NCBI GenBank assembly: GCA_000002435.2
Contig: CM018791.1
DNA: 64,000 nt
Origin: Giardia intestinalis
Lineage: Eukaryota
Reading direction: 5' to 3' (one strand)
The notes under the pieces were generated by a model that worked only from the letters and a program-made list of their open reading frames with translations, was not told the origin of the DNA and ran no database searches. A program made the position numbers and the translations under genes. This document shows, one piece after another, positions 20,301 through 27,212 of this stretch (the first letter of the stretch is position 1; each line of letters begins with the position of its first letter).

Positions 20301-21465
20301 GACAGTTATGGATCGCTCTTCCAAAGAACGGTCGAAACAGTCGGTAGATAGCTATGTTGGAGAGGATCTCGGATACGTTGGATGTTGATCTAAGAAAGAG
20401 AGAGTAGGGTATGTGTATTTTATACAACTGTTGGCTATCTATGAGAGGGATAATGCTCTGTGCCTTGTTGCGAATAGCAAAGAGTTCGAATAGTGTAGCG
20501 AAACTTGTACTGAAGATCTTACGGGCCAGGAAGAACGAGTTCCTGTAGCAACGGCAGGCCTTGGAAATGAGAAGGCAATTCTCTGTGTATATGTAGAAGT
20601 ACAAAGCGTGTAAGCCATACGGAACAAAGAGGATGCGCTCCCAGAAACGTTCGCTGACCGACAGATTCTTCCAAGTTACAAGTCCATAGACATTAATAAT
20701 TTCTTCTAACGTTGGTATGATTATTCCACGATGTGATTTCTCTCTAAGTGCATTGAAGCAACAGGAGTACTTCTGGATATTATAAATATATATCGGAGAC
20801 GAACTAGACAAAGATGGGAGTATCGAGAAGGGCCAGGGATCGCTTGAGTTTGTAATGGTGCCAGCACTAGAAGTGGTGTGTTCAGGAGAGCTAAGAGCCT
20901 GATCAAAGTATATCGAGGAGACCTGTCCAAAGAAGCGCTGTTCTACGACGTCCAAGCTCAGCCCAGGACCGGATCCTTGCTTAGTGACAGGGTTGTACCA
21001 CATATGAATCTTTTCAACCAAATAGATAAAGTTGGAGACGAATTTTACGTCGCCTTGAGTCAGCTCTTGCTGTGTGCTAGGGTCCAACTGGATGATTGGA
21101 GGCCGATAGTTTCTTTGCTCAATAGTAGACGGTGCACCAGCACCTCTTGGTGGGCTCATATTCATACCGGTAGAAAGCCTAGTTTCAATCTGCAAAATAT
21201 AGTCCTTGAGGGCTCCCCCGAGAGCTGGGTATGTAAACCAACAGAAGTGCATGCTTGATAGGCCTGCTATCCCACAAAGATACTTGTGGTGCTCCAAAGA
21301 CCCCTTTTCATCTTGAGTCGTCGACCCAACTGAAACCGCAGGGGACTTGGCCATAAGATGGCTGGCGTACTTCCCGATGGCCTCATTCACAAGCGGTTTG
21401 CTTTTTATAACGTACTTTATGTAGCTTTCAATGAGCTGGTTGGCACTAAGGGCCTCCCGTGGCAT
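8383..21465 (-). CDS. Giant hypothetical protein (4360 aa) with a Q/P/Y/G-rich low-complexity segment near the C-terminus
   Basis: A single 13,083-nt ORF without stops. Chance occurrence is negligible. The ATG lies 8 bp from the divergent SGNH hydrolase ATG. I recognise no family. Confidence 0.8.
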   Translation of the reverse strand: MPREALSANQLIESYIKYVIKSKPLVNEAIGKYASHLMAKSPAVSVGSTTQDEKGSLEHHKYLCGIAGLSSMHFCWFTYPALGGALKDYILQIETRLSTGMNMSPPRGAGAPSTIEQRNYRPPIIQLDPSTQQELTQGDVKFVSNFIYLVEKIHMWYNPVTKQGSGPGLSLDVVEQRFFGQVSSIYFDQALSSPEHTTSSAGTITNSSDPWPFSILPSLSSSSPIYIYNIQKYSCCFNALREKSHRGIIIPTLEEIINVYGLVTWKNLSVSERFWERILFVPYGLHALYFYIYTENCLLISKACRCYRNSFFLARKIFSTSFATLFELFAIRNKAQSIIPLIDSQQLYKIHIPYSLFLRSTSNVSEILSNIAIYRLFRPFFGRAIHNCLGSSWFSVIESRADAATGSKRGPYPLTTKLFCTFLKFNEYATISKAYSTPFWDSNLPSGRVPYAAYFMSVKSLEKEKQQQDGCSTRKFPKIYQYNVPYHEKGEKLSFQPMDPAIHETMNSTPAEFVTNVQKILASNNKEGCGDDSHEYTSFLPLERPILIVVSTDERLINWSNELTNIQLNQYALYCSSDSASIDFIRRYIFTTSSDLPKRTTSECDTCELNNCPCQHQLSEELVVTESAPTRGRPPRIKKESDLLQSPVLSSNVSDSLSSFIRSLRQTDSVADVLVPQGVSTAEIISSVLYQDSADRCAPAARTSPELCALDAKSLLSCGFGANFKSQALKRASKPSDPRVLKQQPLSAVTAVRKSQTKTIKARPETGGNTSDLRQYTALERAILKNAAKGNHLCATWPQKNSGNFTRRLQLLNETGYQLRWSACSPVLTISKCACSIIMGVWCNVCNFKLRVAHAKLPEEQAIHDIQQSANSPSATLKLGLQEAIDLDGYLEDCHNYYIKPCKSDGTSNEFEVVKEPLSQTFVEPHLKMNPSDTVLFQRNGKQVLSIKRICQQLPAYIIVASFQAAMRLLDVFSQIPFESIFVEEALEMTPQQYNYLDCCYNITSKYRFFAGRKEFPLFTTEPLTKVANISLSEKAPIDLLREALLSLSSMDADVFHAGLTILSFLIHIPKNTLLSTFQLISEALSSMFGMDSSAAIKPVQIMLTFALLDFLDAGYLPEAVHSQIVAAELAVFTNIREKNRPADTATDLSRHLSNMSIYFAGYPRDQVKISTIEEYRRKCTEFYNDIKQKATDAVSRHTPYRIFSVLFLHIQAYNLDDEVARLHIPASLLRQLNVALTPFGSTVLRRSIESVSSSSVLNTVRCSSGLVCGCGLIAHNPDYIQQQELSELQALTAKDTSSSSVSVSSESSGASRLSALQLDFLSVSKFSTEMCAELQEFLSSRPSIQPSFVFIMQQTFDQIILQRTFLDIDANVRRVIFDDSRPALLKRYLEIEVPNTLAKISYPLYITVARYAVFQLLIYLWTDACLSLGEEYNKHFKLDPSGFADINEHAFFDSLVVYSLHLAQSRALQISALTSAFMCQGVLFSDHSVKLAKAAGLSNAISQAIFIRTKTALVYLVPDIMVKPTLVFLRYVYSGRITVVDVLTMLTSATIEKTVSERLLASISNADDDTFSMRKLATYALNRLLLSVFFDSIFVPDLEAVELQANCSNSNGDTGSGAPYPAYYQHIRDAVGNAGTTASDNLTSDLVVSVVPETLLLMLLAFSEACSQTTPPVIRGKNKPVPAGYDFTSLLAAMPFVSTRPMAHLFTKLCYDYQVLSKSSPHSVSPPYILQNLCQHSLEDSLFSIQFQSTHVLYGEVHSLSIVLRDYIADTCAAIDLKQGTRKADLSNRSLQESLLKFSTHELVRVCVHASCTSFQQHQANIGNQMSKLTDTCLNLKPQSLYLIDPLVRRTVSAWLDCDLLLQGAIQYLFMNVKATLRDMVQACKSKTDESLLRSHSLTSVTQTKAVYREHHQSPKILKRKDRGPQSAGMSYESLKIVFDPTPFYIYYAGSPTVATISHRDSSFSNDVSSPVDSLNTSVRAKDVAGPSKLRTRPAPSSAGASVELGSVDDGAEEPAAPDVFRGSPAFSVISGNVVGTSSINAPLFSKMGRLFRKPEGPTLTPTEFLYTYFDGSVEHSQGQTDMQVTVASMQNIFNLSIQPPIPPKLDFYSMNPSSHTIPRMLPASAGFVDTFKESSSVQHYINGYSSVLTPLYTLDKSFPVCQECHNICTRELDADLSAEKRKLLKQYGVQPVAADSSAMFSLPRSNKDLSYPSLDNSLLYYCFICQKLFDPGLLATPNLNTKDVKVLVQACQLDNKPSVNPQHIITPNSQTVFRQCKLYQESSLESQSTILSDGVYQSNLTCLSYCGANEHESLCLQCIEEAGLPQTLASNVYLTIDGLLKRNMLHHGTPAFVLEEYALAYVSAAYSYILSKKCVGCVSELQVPCLYFAKTTRSDIANEYGHLVYRYEYILYGRAVCELLNHLLYTTVASLDGQESIHIQFMSLQRKLSTSCQTSHPFDRIGNRAVLHILTSFFSAHIKKNTLQSTVTEYSRALAKTYALFRHKTICAAMDFAIPYTLYPIYSSLRGLLRHCNLCKKVFSENWLKMYDITGTVLHTLLKTIDSNLVFASLGYNSIFFKYYVILRLLLADIPAFLLDPRGPRGHEYSYTASTLKDDASFLAFMLKHTFLYGHSLVLGPESPCYLHLLLQFSSIILAYNGVHPCKLLHTSELCRSNEYLFKGSLYSSTNVIADNLLIYHFFTNVPQLISLYLENEDSVALPLRWTQGPDLCQELFRTFSTLEFSVAHALTDLGTIQFTPQLVYIHRLVRAKIRTISMSSPLALVDTTLLNQYVHAYAQDGLLTVDSFTTLFSCDYSWIYRLAFGVYHYEISANQDYLALIQSASEDGAPKVLCNSISETFMQKLCSPSASATSNRPRPFEQRRYGIANVHPYPHSIMKPQLEATDEAPAAECSLRYTSSVSITNNGLEQDSLKQLPATENLYVERFSTANLHIYDSPLMNSLDLSSISSTHPGLVERTGHQDKSNSLVQPSVVDNGASTSPALNSVLSAHMIAETYNRMVLTPATSKIQLDLFKDNAIYSKTTSTPALLPQATLQGLAPIPTKVLLHVVLRTIRMLLMRAYPMDNQNSIFYPQIAFSKVQNTLSVALGDFVPLPQGSSSELPSTASRDQSTPIDGSYLSLGEQSDSTPKQRARLHMAERFLVVGGTYLHGGLFDYIYEPYRFPDDHTDLDSFFLRYLVNYMYIPQREAGQQDLLAVFLQDPVSGISMKEHTILSALMSSNFMVSGLVTDSVEQQKIESLVSDFETLIPEHNRQLLIEIIMSIGVGLGTTPLEMYENIIRTYLLMTTKDRSLPVSTILRASVTFLQILWLMVKKCRKLPDELRPYVQNTDISKATHDLYLLRILQGKLKELSVRYNYLLFSFDWCLCNTGSKYATVFSRGIQQVPVVENYWLQCCNQYIEDFSLQNLTTPRAASNPEADTANTSNEGLQEPVSPETAAINDVACSPAALAYRLLWNISYYLPPFYYTTNSHTQASSLINPRMLPSRSSQYYGQQGTLQQSFSTIKQYVLRIHPSACAIDLMIEYVDYMYDCMMDPTYASRYYSTPLTMRSLFTVQEYGLTDLKNCWLYLTYCKIEFLEKFGLNLHDIAALKASPAPQVAEEDIKIVMTVAELIHSAWSKLSDLKVLHAYVRYRGKYQQLLMDKKEYNCSHTTNPIQLAKILLPIFQQLTLMLEKAYNKFPNACTNTDTCNLLFPTHTLTQRCDVKLHPVLKERWNAYYVHAIPWQAVVPLFSDEFLFNFDLLQRLRRVPSSEQITFAIKQFSALIKDRWPSILQAIRVPVTAEFIKERHRLLIYGLATERILLSNLNEQYYNHDLNSVIDISRNIMQASRSHVRLIALKAHPENRLNEIFSVDVPPYSPSIQTTCTQPTAFGAMPTPTGYTHTPGTSGPTPPYQMGPRIGQFGPSSAPQSHRQPGEYHDATAYPQEKLQYPQGAPGGPRAPYGAVGGNRYYGRQGRGMEPYQRTDMLPAPRYPGVHSQTYPPPTRYDPFTMRTGAYPHSNGYGPASMSYQAEQGSLMHQRLLTQQYPLAGARAASAPESQLRPGQYHTLNQDHLGYQSSSPYLNMPYYQAQPPSHFGITPQRSYSQLHSNASPFGAGWESIGYSSNAAAMPTKSSGDELSVSSYKETLSVILKLLNKLFPSVVNKKNNLEGSERALFEHIAGLYSQDNLFFEKPLTEDSWQYALGYMSLIREQPLREDELMIQRNILITRINHITSKWSGILGALEDNAFSVLQAFCKKFEQVVQTKKNDIDYHMIVRVGKDCAAFFLSQAYYYAFELRRTYIENRSMPSSSLMKKMNEMLDLCMQILPVSEILSSADVHLRRQLLLALFIKNLFEQQPRT

Positions 21466-21473
21466 TTTTTAAA
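21466..21473. promoter_or_regulatory. AT-rich core (TTTTTAAA) of a bidirectional initiator between divergent start codons, embedded in the near-palindrome GGCATTTTTTAAAATGCC
   Basis: The minus-strand ATG is at 21463-21465 and the plus-strand ATG at 21474-21476. Giardia promoters are short AT-rich initiators abutting the ATG. Confidence 0.5.
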
Positions 21474-22208
21474 ATGCCAAACCTGCCCGTTCCTCGCATC
21501 ATCTGTCTGGGAGATTCGATTTCCCAGTACGGGTGGAACATTGCCGAGGGAGGGTTTGTCGGTCTCCTAGCAGAGGCCTACTCTCCTAAGGCTGACGTTA
21601 TATGCAGGGGTCTTAGCGGGTTTACGTCTGAAATGCTTCTCCACTACATGTCCAACAGCAATCTTTTGGACTCCTTAGACTGCAAGGGCCAAAGTACTTC
21701 CATCCTATATGTAACGGTGTGCATTGGTGCCAACGATGCATCGTCGTCTGCGCAGAATCCCATTCAAAGCGTACACATTTCCAAATACAGGAAGAACCTC
21801 GTCGATATTCTCAGGTTTATACACGCAGCAGGAGTTCCATACGATCGCATCATTGTTCTGGCTCCTCCTCCGATTGCAGACCCTGCCCAACACCCATGCC
21901 TCCATGAGAAAGGCAAGTCGCCGCACCTTACAGAGGAATATGCACAAGCATGCCTGGAAATTGCTAAGGAAGTCGGGGCCCGTCCTGCAGATGTACGGCT
22001 CCTCTGGGATAAAGCAAGCTCTATCTGGACAGATGGGCTCCACATGAATCGGAGCGGAAACAGGCTGCTTTTCCAGGCCATAATGGATGCGTGTGGCACT
22101 GATCTGCGCCCGGAGAGTATTCCGTTCCCGTGGACACACTGGAGCCAGTATAAGACCGCCACTATGGAACAGAAGACTGACACTAATCATACTAAACGCC
22201 TCAAGTAA
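21474..22208 (+). CDS. SGNH/GDSL-family hydrolase (isoamyl-acetate esterase-like)
   Basis: SGNH blocks are present: ICLGDSIS (block I, catalytic Ser), CIGANDA (block III) and DGLHMN (block V, Asp-x-x-His). The ORF track begins at an upstream GTG. The first ATG is at 21474. Confidence 0.75.
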   Translation: MPNLPVPRIICLGDSISQYGWNIAEGGFVGLLAEAYSPKADVICRGLSGFTSEMLLHYMSNSNLLDSLDCKGQSTSILYVTVCIGANDASSSAQNPIQSVHISKYRKNLVDILRFIHAAGVPYDRIIVLAPPPIADPAQHPCLHEKGKSPHLTEEYAQACLEIAKEVGARPADVRLLWDKASSIWTDGLHMNRSGNRLLFQAIMDACGTDLRPESIPFPWTHWSQYKTATMEQKTDTNHTKRLK

Positions 22209-22213
22209 AAATA

Positions 22214-23104
22214 ATGCGCTCTTGCTCTATCGAGGACGAGTATACAGTGATTACGGACCTTTCTAGTGACTTGCGCTTAAAGACACACTTGGTGAGATCT
22301 AAAGAGACCCAGGAAACGCGCATGTGCCGCGGAATAGAATATCTATATCACACCAAATCCGCGCGCGCAGACCTTGAGGATGCGCTTTACGATATGCTGC
22401 GGGTGCGCTGTCCATACATTATCCACTATACTGATGTATATAACGAGGAAGGCAGCAAACGCTATATGGCTCTTTTGAGCTACAACTACAAGTGCACCCT
22501 CGAAGACTATTTACGCGAGCAGCAAGCCAAGGGGGAGACAATCTCTGAGTCTATGCTCTGGGCGATCCTTGTGAGAATCGTCAAGGCCTTGCGCTACCTT
22601 CATGACCCTGCTAAACATGGCGGGCGAGTCATCGTTCACCGTGATGTCCGTCCGAGCAATATGTATATGGCGGACGACTCGACGGTGTACCTGGGTGACT
22701 CAATCTTCTGTAGCTCATACACGTACCCGGGTAGCCATGTGGTTGGCAGCGCTCTCACTAACATGGCCTATGCACCCCCTGAGATGATGACCAGTGATGT
22801 GTATACGACGGCGTATGACATATGGTCCCTTGGATGCTCTCTGTACGAACTGGCTACGGGCGCTAAATATTCGGAGATCGTTAAGACAGCCTTCCCGGGG
22901 CTAAGCTACCTGCAAGCTCTTGAAAGGTTACAGATGCAGGCCCTGGTGATTCCAGGTTATTCAGAAAGCTTCTGCGTCAACTTACAAAGAATGCTGCACG
23001 TCGATCCGACTGAAAGGCCGACAGCTGCAGGCCTGCTAAGCCTTAGCGGGTCTAACACATCCAGTTTAGCAAACAGTCTATCGAATTGCCCGGATTTGTG
23101 CTAA
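22214..23104 (+). CDS. NEK-like protein kinase, probably a pseudokinase
   Basis: The kinase catalytic loop HRDVRPSNM and the APE-like motif (YAPPEM) are present. There is no GxGxxG glycine loop, and DFG is replaced by LGDSIF. Confidence 0.6.
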   Translation: MRSCSIEDEYTVITDLSSDLRLKTHLVRSKETQETRMCRGIEYLYHTKSARADLEDALYDMLRVRCPYIIHYTDVYNEEGSKRYMALLSYNYKCTLEDYLREQQAKGETISESMLWAILVRIVKALRYLHDPAKHGGRVIVHRDVRPSNMYMADDSTVYLGDSIFCSSYTYPGSHVVGSALTNMAYAPPEMMTSDVYTTAYDIWSLGCSLYELATGAKYSEIVKTAFPGLSYLQALERLQMQALVIPGYSESFCVNLQRMLHVDPTERPTAAGLLSLSGSNTSSLANSLSNCPDLC

Positions 23105-23162
23105 AATGTGAACTACTCTCGCCCCTTTGATTTCCTTGTCAGCCACTATTTAATTTCCTGGA

Positions 23163-24653
23163 ATGACGAAAGAGGGCCCTGCAACCCCGAGCCAGCTTCC
23201 CCAGTCCCGCAGGTGGGTCGTCCACCTGAAGGCCTTTATGGAGACAATATTCATAGCCATTATAATGGTTCCGAACACAATGTACTATGGCTCTGTGAAC
23301 GCCCTATCACAACTCTTGCTTAAGACTTACGGCGATAGCAACATCATTACAAACTCCTCACTCATGCACTCTGTGCCGTCGATCTTTTCTGCATTCAGCG
23401 TATCCTTCTTCACGGACGTCTTAGGGGTTGAGTTTATGCTTCTGCCCCTACAGACCCTTATCCTGATTGGCTGCATCTGCTCAGCGCTAGCAAAGAGCTC
23501 AGGAGTCTTCCTCATCGGAAGATTCTGTTACGGGCTTTGTGGAGAAGGCCTTATTATGGTCCAATCAAAGCTGATTTCCAACCGGATTCCCCGCCAGTGG
23601 CACCCCTTTGCCTTTGCACTCATATTCTGTGGATTTATGCTTGGAGAGTCCATCTCTAGTATATTCATTGGAAAAATGGACTCCGTTCCATCTGCATATT
23701 TCATAATAGCAGCATGCATGTTGATTAGTCTGCTCATTGAGGTGACATATACAGTTCTTGAAGTATTTAGACGCAGAAAAGAAAAGACCACCGATGTCCA
23801 AGGATTGGCGTTATCCGAGACACTTAGTGATAGCATAGCAATGAACCCACAGACACAGACACAAATGCAAGCACAGCCTAGATCATCATTGCAGCACAGA
23901 TGCAAAGATATGTTCACTGCAGTAACCGATTGTATTAAGACAGCGCGGCCGTTGCTCTGGATGATGGTTGTAAGCCGTCTTTTGTTCATGGGGACCCGTA
24001 TGGGATACGATTCTACCTCTGTCCTGTTTCTAACGGACATCCTTGGCCTAGATAACGACACTATTGTTTCTGCTGTGGGTGTTTCTCAAATATCATCAGC
24101 GGTTTCCTTCTTGTTGATGGGCTTTCTTGTCAGCTTTTGGCAGCTTGGCCCAATACTAATTATTATCTGTGGATACATCTCTCTACTGGGTGCAGTGATG
24201 ACACTCTACTTCTTTAGGAGCTCAGACCCTCAGCAGACTGTCCGATCATGCTATCTAATTTGCATTTTTGTTGGCATCAGCTTTGGATTCTTTGCCAGCA
24301 ATAGCTCGGCCGTTATAGTGTCTCTTTCAAAGAAGGCCATGGCTGCATCTGGTTTGGGGCTTGTCTTTTCAATGCAGTTTCTCATCATGAGCATCATTGT
24401 GCCCCTTGCCATGTATGTTGCAAGGACCAACTCGTACCGGACGGCATGCTGGGTATACATCGGAGTCCTACTATGTGCAGCACCCTTTTTACTCACAGTG
24501 TTTACAAAGCTAGCAATCAACTACTCACAAACTAGGAAAAAAAGAAAAGCTGTCAAAATCTGCGATGATGGAGAGATACAACCATCTACTAGTGTGTCTT
24601 CTGTTATTAACCTGGATAGTGCCCCAGCAAGTACTATAGAATCAAAAGCCTAG
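23163..24653 (+). CDS. Polytopic membrane protein (about 12 predicted TM helices; MFS-transporter-like topology)
   Basis: 496-aa ORF with about 12 hydrophobic helices in two groups of six, separated by a charged loop. The family is not established. Confidence 0.55.
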   Translation: MTKEGPATPSQLPQSRRWVVHLKAFMETIFIAIIMVPNTMYYGSVNALSQLLLKTYGDSNIITNSSLMHSVPSIFSAFSVSFFTDVLGVEFMLLPLQTLILIGCICSALAKSSGVFLIGRFCYGLCGEGLIMVQSKLISNRIPRQWHPFAFALIFCGFMLGESISSIFIGKMDSVPSAYFIIAACMLISLLIEVTYTVLEVFRRRKEKTTDVQGLALSETLSDSIAMNPQTQTQMQAQPRSSLQHRCKDMFTAVTDCIKTARPLLWMMVVSRLLFMGTRMGYDSTSVLFLTDILGLDNDTIVSAVGVSQISSAVSFLLMGFLVSFWQLGPILIIICGYISLLGAVMTLYFFRSSDPQQTVRSCYLICIFVGISFGFFASNSSAVIVSLSKKAMAASGLGLVFSMQFLIMSIIVPLAMYVARTNSYRTACWVYIGVLLCAAPFLLTVFTKLAINYSQTRKKRKAVKICDDGEIQPSTSVSSVINLDSAPASTIESKA

Positions 24654-27212
24654 CCCTCCGTACTGCATCCCGGACGAGCTGGCCCTGTTGCGCGTGATGG
24701 CCGCAGACGCATCAGCTAAGGCACTATTTTTTTCTCCAAGTACTGTGTTCATATCCATGTGGCTTTTAAGAATTGAAAGCTTGAGGCTCTTGCCTGCTTT
24801 GTAATCACTTACAAGAGACGGGCCTGCGCCGGGAGCAATACCCCCGGAAGACGATGACAATGATCCTACAGTGGAGCGCTTGCTGGGTGCTCTGTCAAAA
24901 AGGGCTGGTCTGGACTCCTGCTCTAACTCTCTGTGTAAATAATGCTTAAGAGCGTTGCTACTAGCAGCCTTCCCGCTTCCTGGACGAGAGCTGACAGTTC
25001 CGGCGCTCCCCATGAGGCTACCAGTAGACCCTCTTGTTAGGAGTTCCTGAATATATTTGTCGGAAAGGGCCTTCTCTGCCTTCAAGGAAGCAAGTTGCTC
25101 TTGCATGGTTTGCATGGCGGCACGAGTGTTCGAGAGCTCTGTCGCTAGATCGCCTGTTGTAGCGCTCGCTTTGACGGCACGGAAGTAGGCTAACTCTGTG
25201 CGCAAGGAGTCGTTTTCATCCTCGAGAGACTTCAGCCTAGCTAATTGCTGCTCTGCTTGAGGCTTAGCCTCATCTGACAGGCTTCCACGATTCAGCGTTT
25301 TGCTCATAATGGAGACACGCTCACGCAACTCTTTTGCCTCGCTCTTGTATCGGAGCGCCTCATCCTGCGCGGCTTCTATCTCGCGCCTAATCTGTACGGC
25401 CTCCTCGCGCATCTTAATCTTGTCTGCTCTAAGCCGCGCCTCATATTCTTTCAGCTCCATCATCTTGCCCTGGATCTTTTCCAGCTCCTCTGCGGTCCTC
25501 TCAGACACCTTATCTCCTGCCCCATGCTTAGGATCAATTTTGCTGGGAGTCGTGGGAATAGTCGGAGGAGTCCCTGCAGGCTGCGGATTTGTATCGTTAG
25601 TCACCGGGGATAGCTCTGCATCGCTGACAGGTGCAATCACAGGCTTTCGCGTGGGACTCAGGGTACCTGCTGCATCCAATTTGCGGACGTTTTGACGTAG
25701 TTGCAGCAGCTCTTTTTCGTCAAGGGCAAGTTTTTCCTGGAGATGACGCTTCTCCGCGTCGGTTTCGTCTAAAATTGTTCTTATGCTGTCTTTCTCTGCT
25801 TTCAACTCACTAATAGTTGATTGGAGGATCGCGTTCTCCTGTGTGGTCTCTTTGACTTTGTCCTCGGCCTTGAGGAGGCGAGACTGACATTCCCTAAAGC
25901 GATCCTGAAGATCCTTATAGTCGGCCTCACGTGCGTTAAGTGCCTTCTTGAGGAGAGATTCCACCTCAACACTCGCCGTGTTCGTGCCTTCTAGCTTCAA
26001 TTTCGTCGATTGAAGCTGCGCAAGTTCTGCCTCTTGGGCACGGGCCACCTTTGTCATGTCTCTTACTTGGTTTTGAAGTTGAACAAGGCTATTCTGCATT
26101 TTGTACACAAAATCGATAAGATCCCTTCCCACCTCATTGGACTGGTAGCCGATGGCGCTCTTCATGTCACGGAGAATAGCCAAAAGGTCGTTGTGCCGCA
26201 TGTTTAATGATTTGTAGTCTGCAACAATTTTCTTGTACTCATCTGCAAACGATCCCAGGCTCCTCATAGTGTTGTCTAGCCATGAGTCCAGCCTAGCAGA
26301 GGCCTTGTGCGGCTGAAATGTCTCTGATTTGGAAAGAGCAGCGTAGCCCTCTTCACTGGGGGCTACGAAGTCGAGGTGCTCGTCTTCGGACTTCATGGCA
26401 TCGAGACCGTTAAAATCTGGCTGCTTCAGGCTATCCTGCAATTCAGAGGAGAAGGCGGGATTGAGGGGGGAGTGGTGAGGGGGGAGATCGTCAACAGAAC
26501 CTCGCTGTCCAGACGGACGGCCACTGGACGGACGGCTTTTAAGCGAAACCTTAGCATTGTTGGAAAGATACTGTTGCAATATAGCAAGGACTTCTGTGCA
26601 GCTTTTAGAGTTAGCAACAGATATCTCTGCTTCTATGTCCTCTGAGGTATACTTTAAGGTGTCCAATAGAAGACTAGTGGCCTCAGCATTTCCTGCGGAC
26701 ACGGCATAGCTTAAGGCCGTCCTCCCATCCTTATCTGTCTCGCGCCCAAAGAAGGGCGCCAGTGCCCTGACAACGGCCAGGTTCTCGCGTCCTAGGGCGA
26801 TCATAATGGCAGTCTGACCTTCGGGGGTGATGATTGTGTGCTCTCGAGGAGCTAAAATCTTGCATATATCTGGGAGACCGTATTCGGTAGCAACGAGAAG
26901 CGCTGTTCGACCGTCACGACCTGTAAGCCCTGCTTCTGCCTCGGCCAAAATCGCCACTATGTCGACATAGTTGGATCGCGTGGCCAGGATCAGGCCAGTA
27001 TCTCCATCTTCGGTCCGGGAGCACTTGTAGCGCTCACAATACTCCTCCACGAACTCAATATTGTTCGTTCGAATAGCCTGGAACCATATCGTCTGATCCA
27101 TGTTATTTTTAGGGATTCTGTATTTTGTCAGGCAATTTTTTGAGCCGAGAACTAAGTTGAGTCGGAAAGTAAGGCGCATTGGACTATGAATATCCTCTCT
27201 TCCATTGCGCAA
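24642..27212 (-). CDS. Ankyrin-repeat plus long coiled-coil protein (Protein 21.1-like)
   Basis: N-terminal ankyrin repeats (GDTGLILATRSNYVDIVAIL, GRTALLVATEYG, GQTAIMIALGRENLAVVRAL, GRTALSYAVSAGN) are followed by about 450 aa of heptad coiled coil. The start overlaps the 3' end of the next gene by 29 nt. Confidence 0.75.
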   Translation of the reverse strand: MRNGREDIHSPMRLTFRLNLVLGSKNCLTKYRIPKNNMDQTIWFQAIRTNNIEFVEEYCERYKCSRTEDGDTGLILATRSNYVDIVAILAEAEAGLTGRDGRTALLVATEYGLPDICKILAPREHTIITPEGQTAIMIALGRENLAVVRALAPFFGRETDKDGRTALSYAVSAGNAEATSLLLDTLKYTSEDIEAEISVANSKSCTEVLAILQQYLSNNAKVSLKSRPSSGRPSGQRGSVDDLPPHHSPLNPAFSSELQDSLKQPDFNGLDAMKSEDEHLDFVAPSEEGYAALSKSETFQPHKASARLDSWLDNTMRSLGSFADEYKKIVADYKSLNMRHNDLLAILRDMKSAIGYQSNEVGRDLIDFVYKMQNSLVQLQNQVRDMTKVARAQEAELAQLQSTKLKLEGTNTASVEVESLLKKALNAREADYKDLQDRFRECQSRLLKAEDKVKETTQENAILQSTISELKAEKDSIRTILDETDAEKRHLQEKLALDEKELLQLRQNVRKLDAAGTLSPTRKPVIAPVSDAELSPVTNDTNPQPAGTPPTIPTTPSKIDPKHGAGDKVSERTAEELEKIQGKMMELKEYEARLRADKIKMREEAVQIRREIEAAQDEALRYKSEAKELRERVSIMSKTLNRGSLSDEAKPQAEQQLARLKSLEDENDSLRTELAYFRAVKASATTGDLATELSNTRAAMQTMQEQLASLKAEKALSDKYIQELLTRGSTGSLMGSAGTVSSRPGSGKAASSNALKHYLHRELEQESRPALFDRAPSKRSTVGSLSSSSGGIAPGAGPSLVSDYKAGKSLKLSILKSHMDMNTVLGEKNSALADASAAITRNRASSSGMQYGGLGF

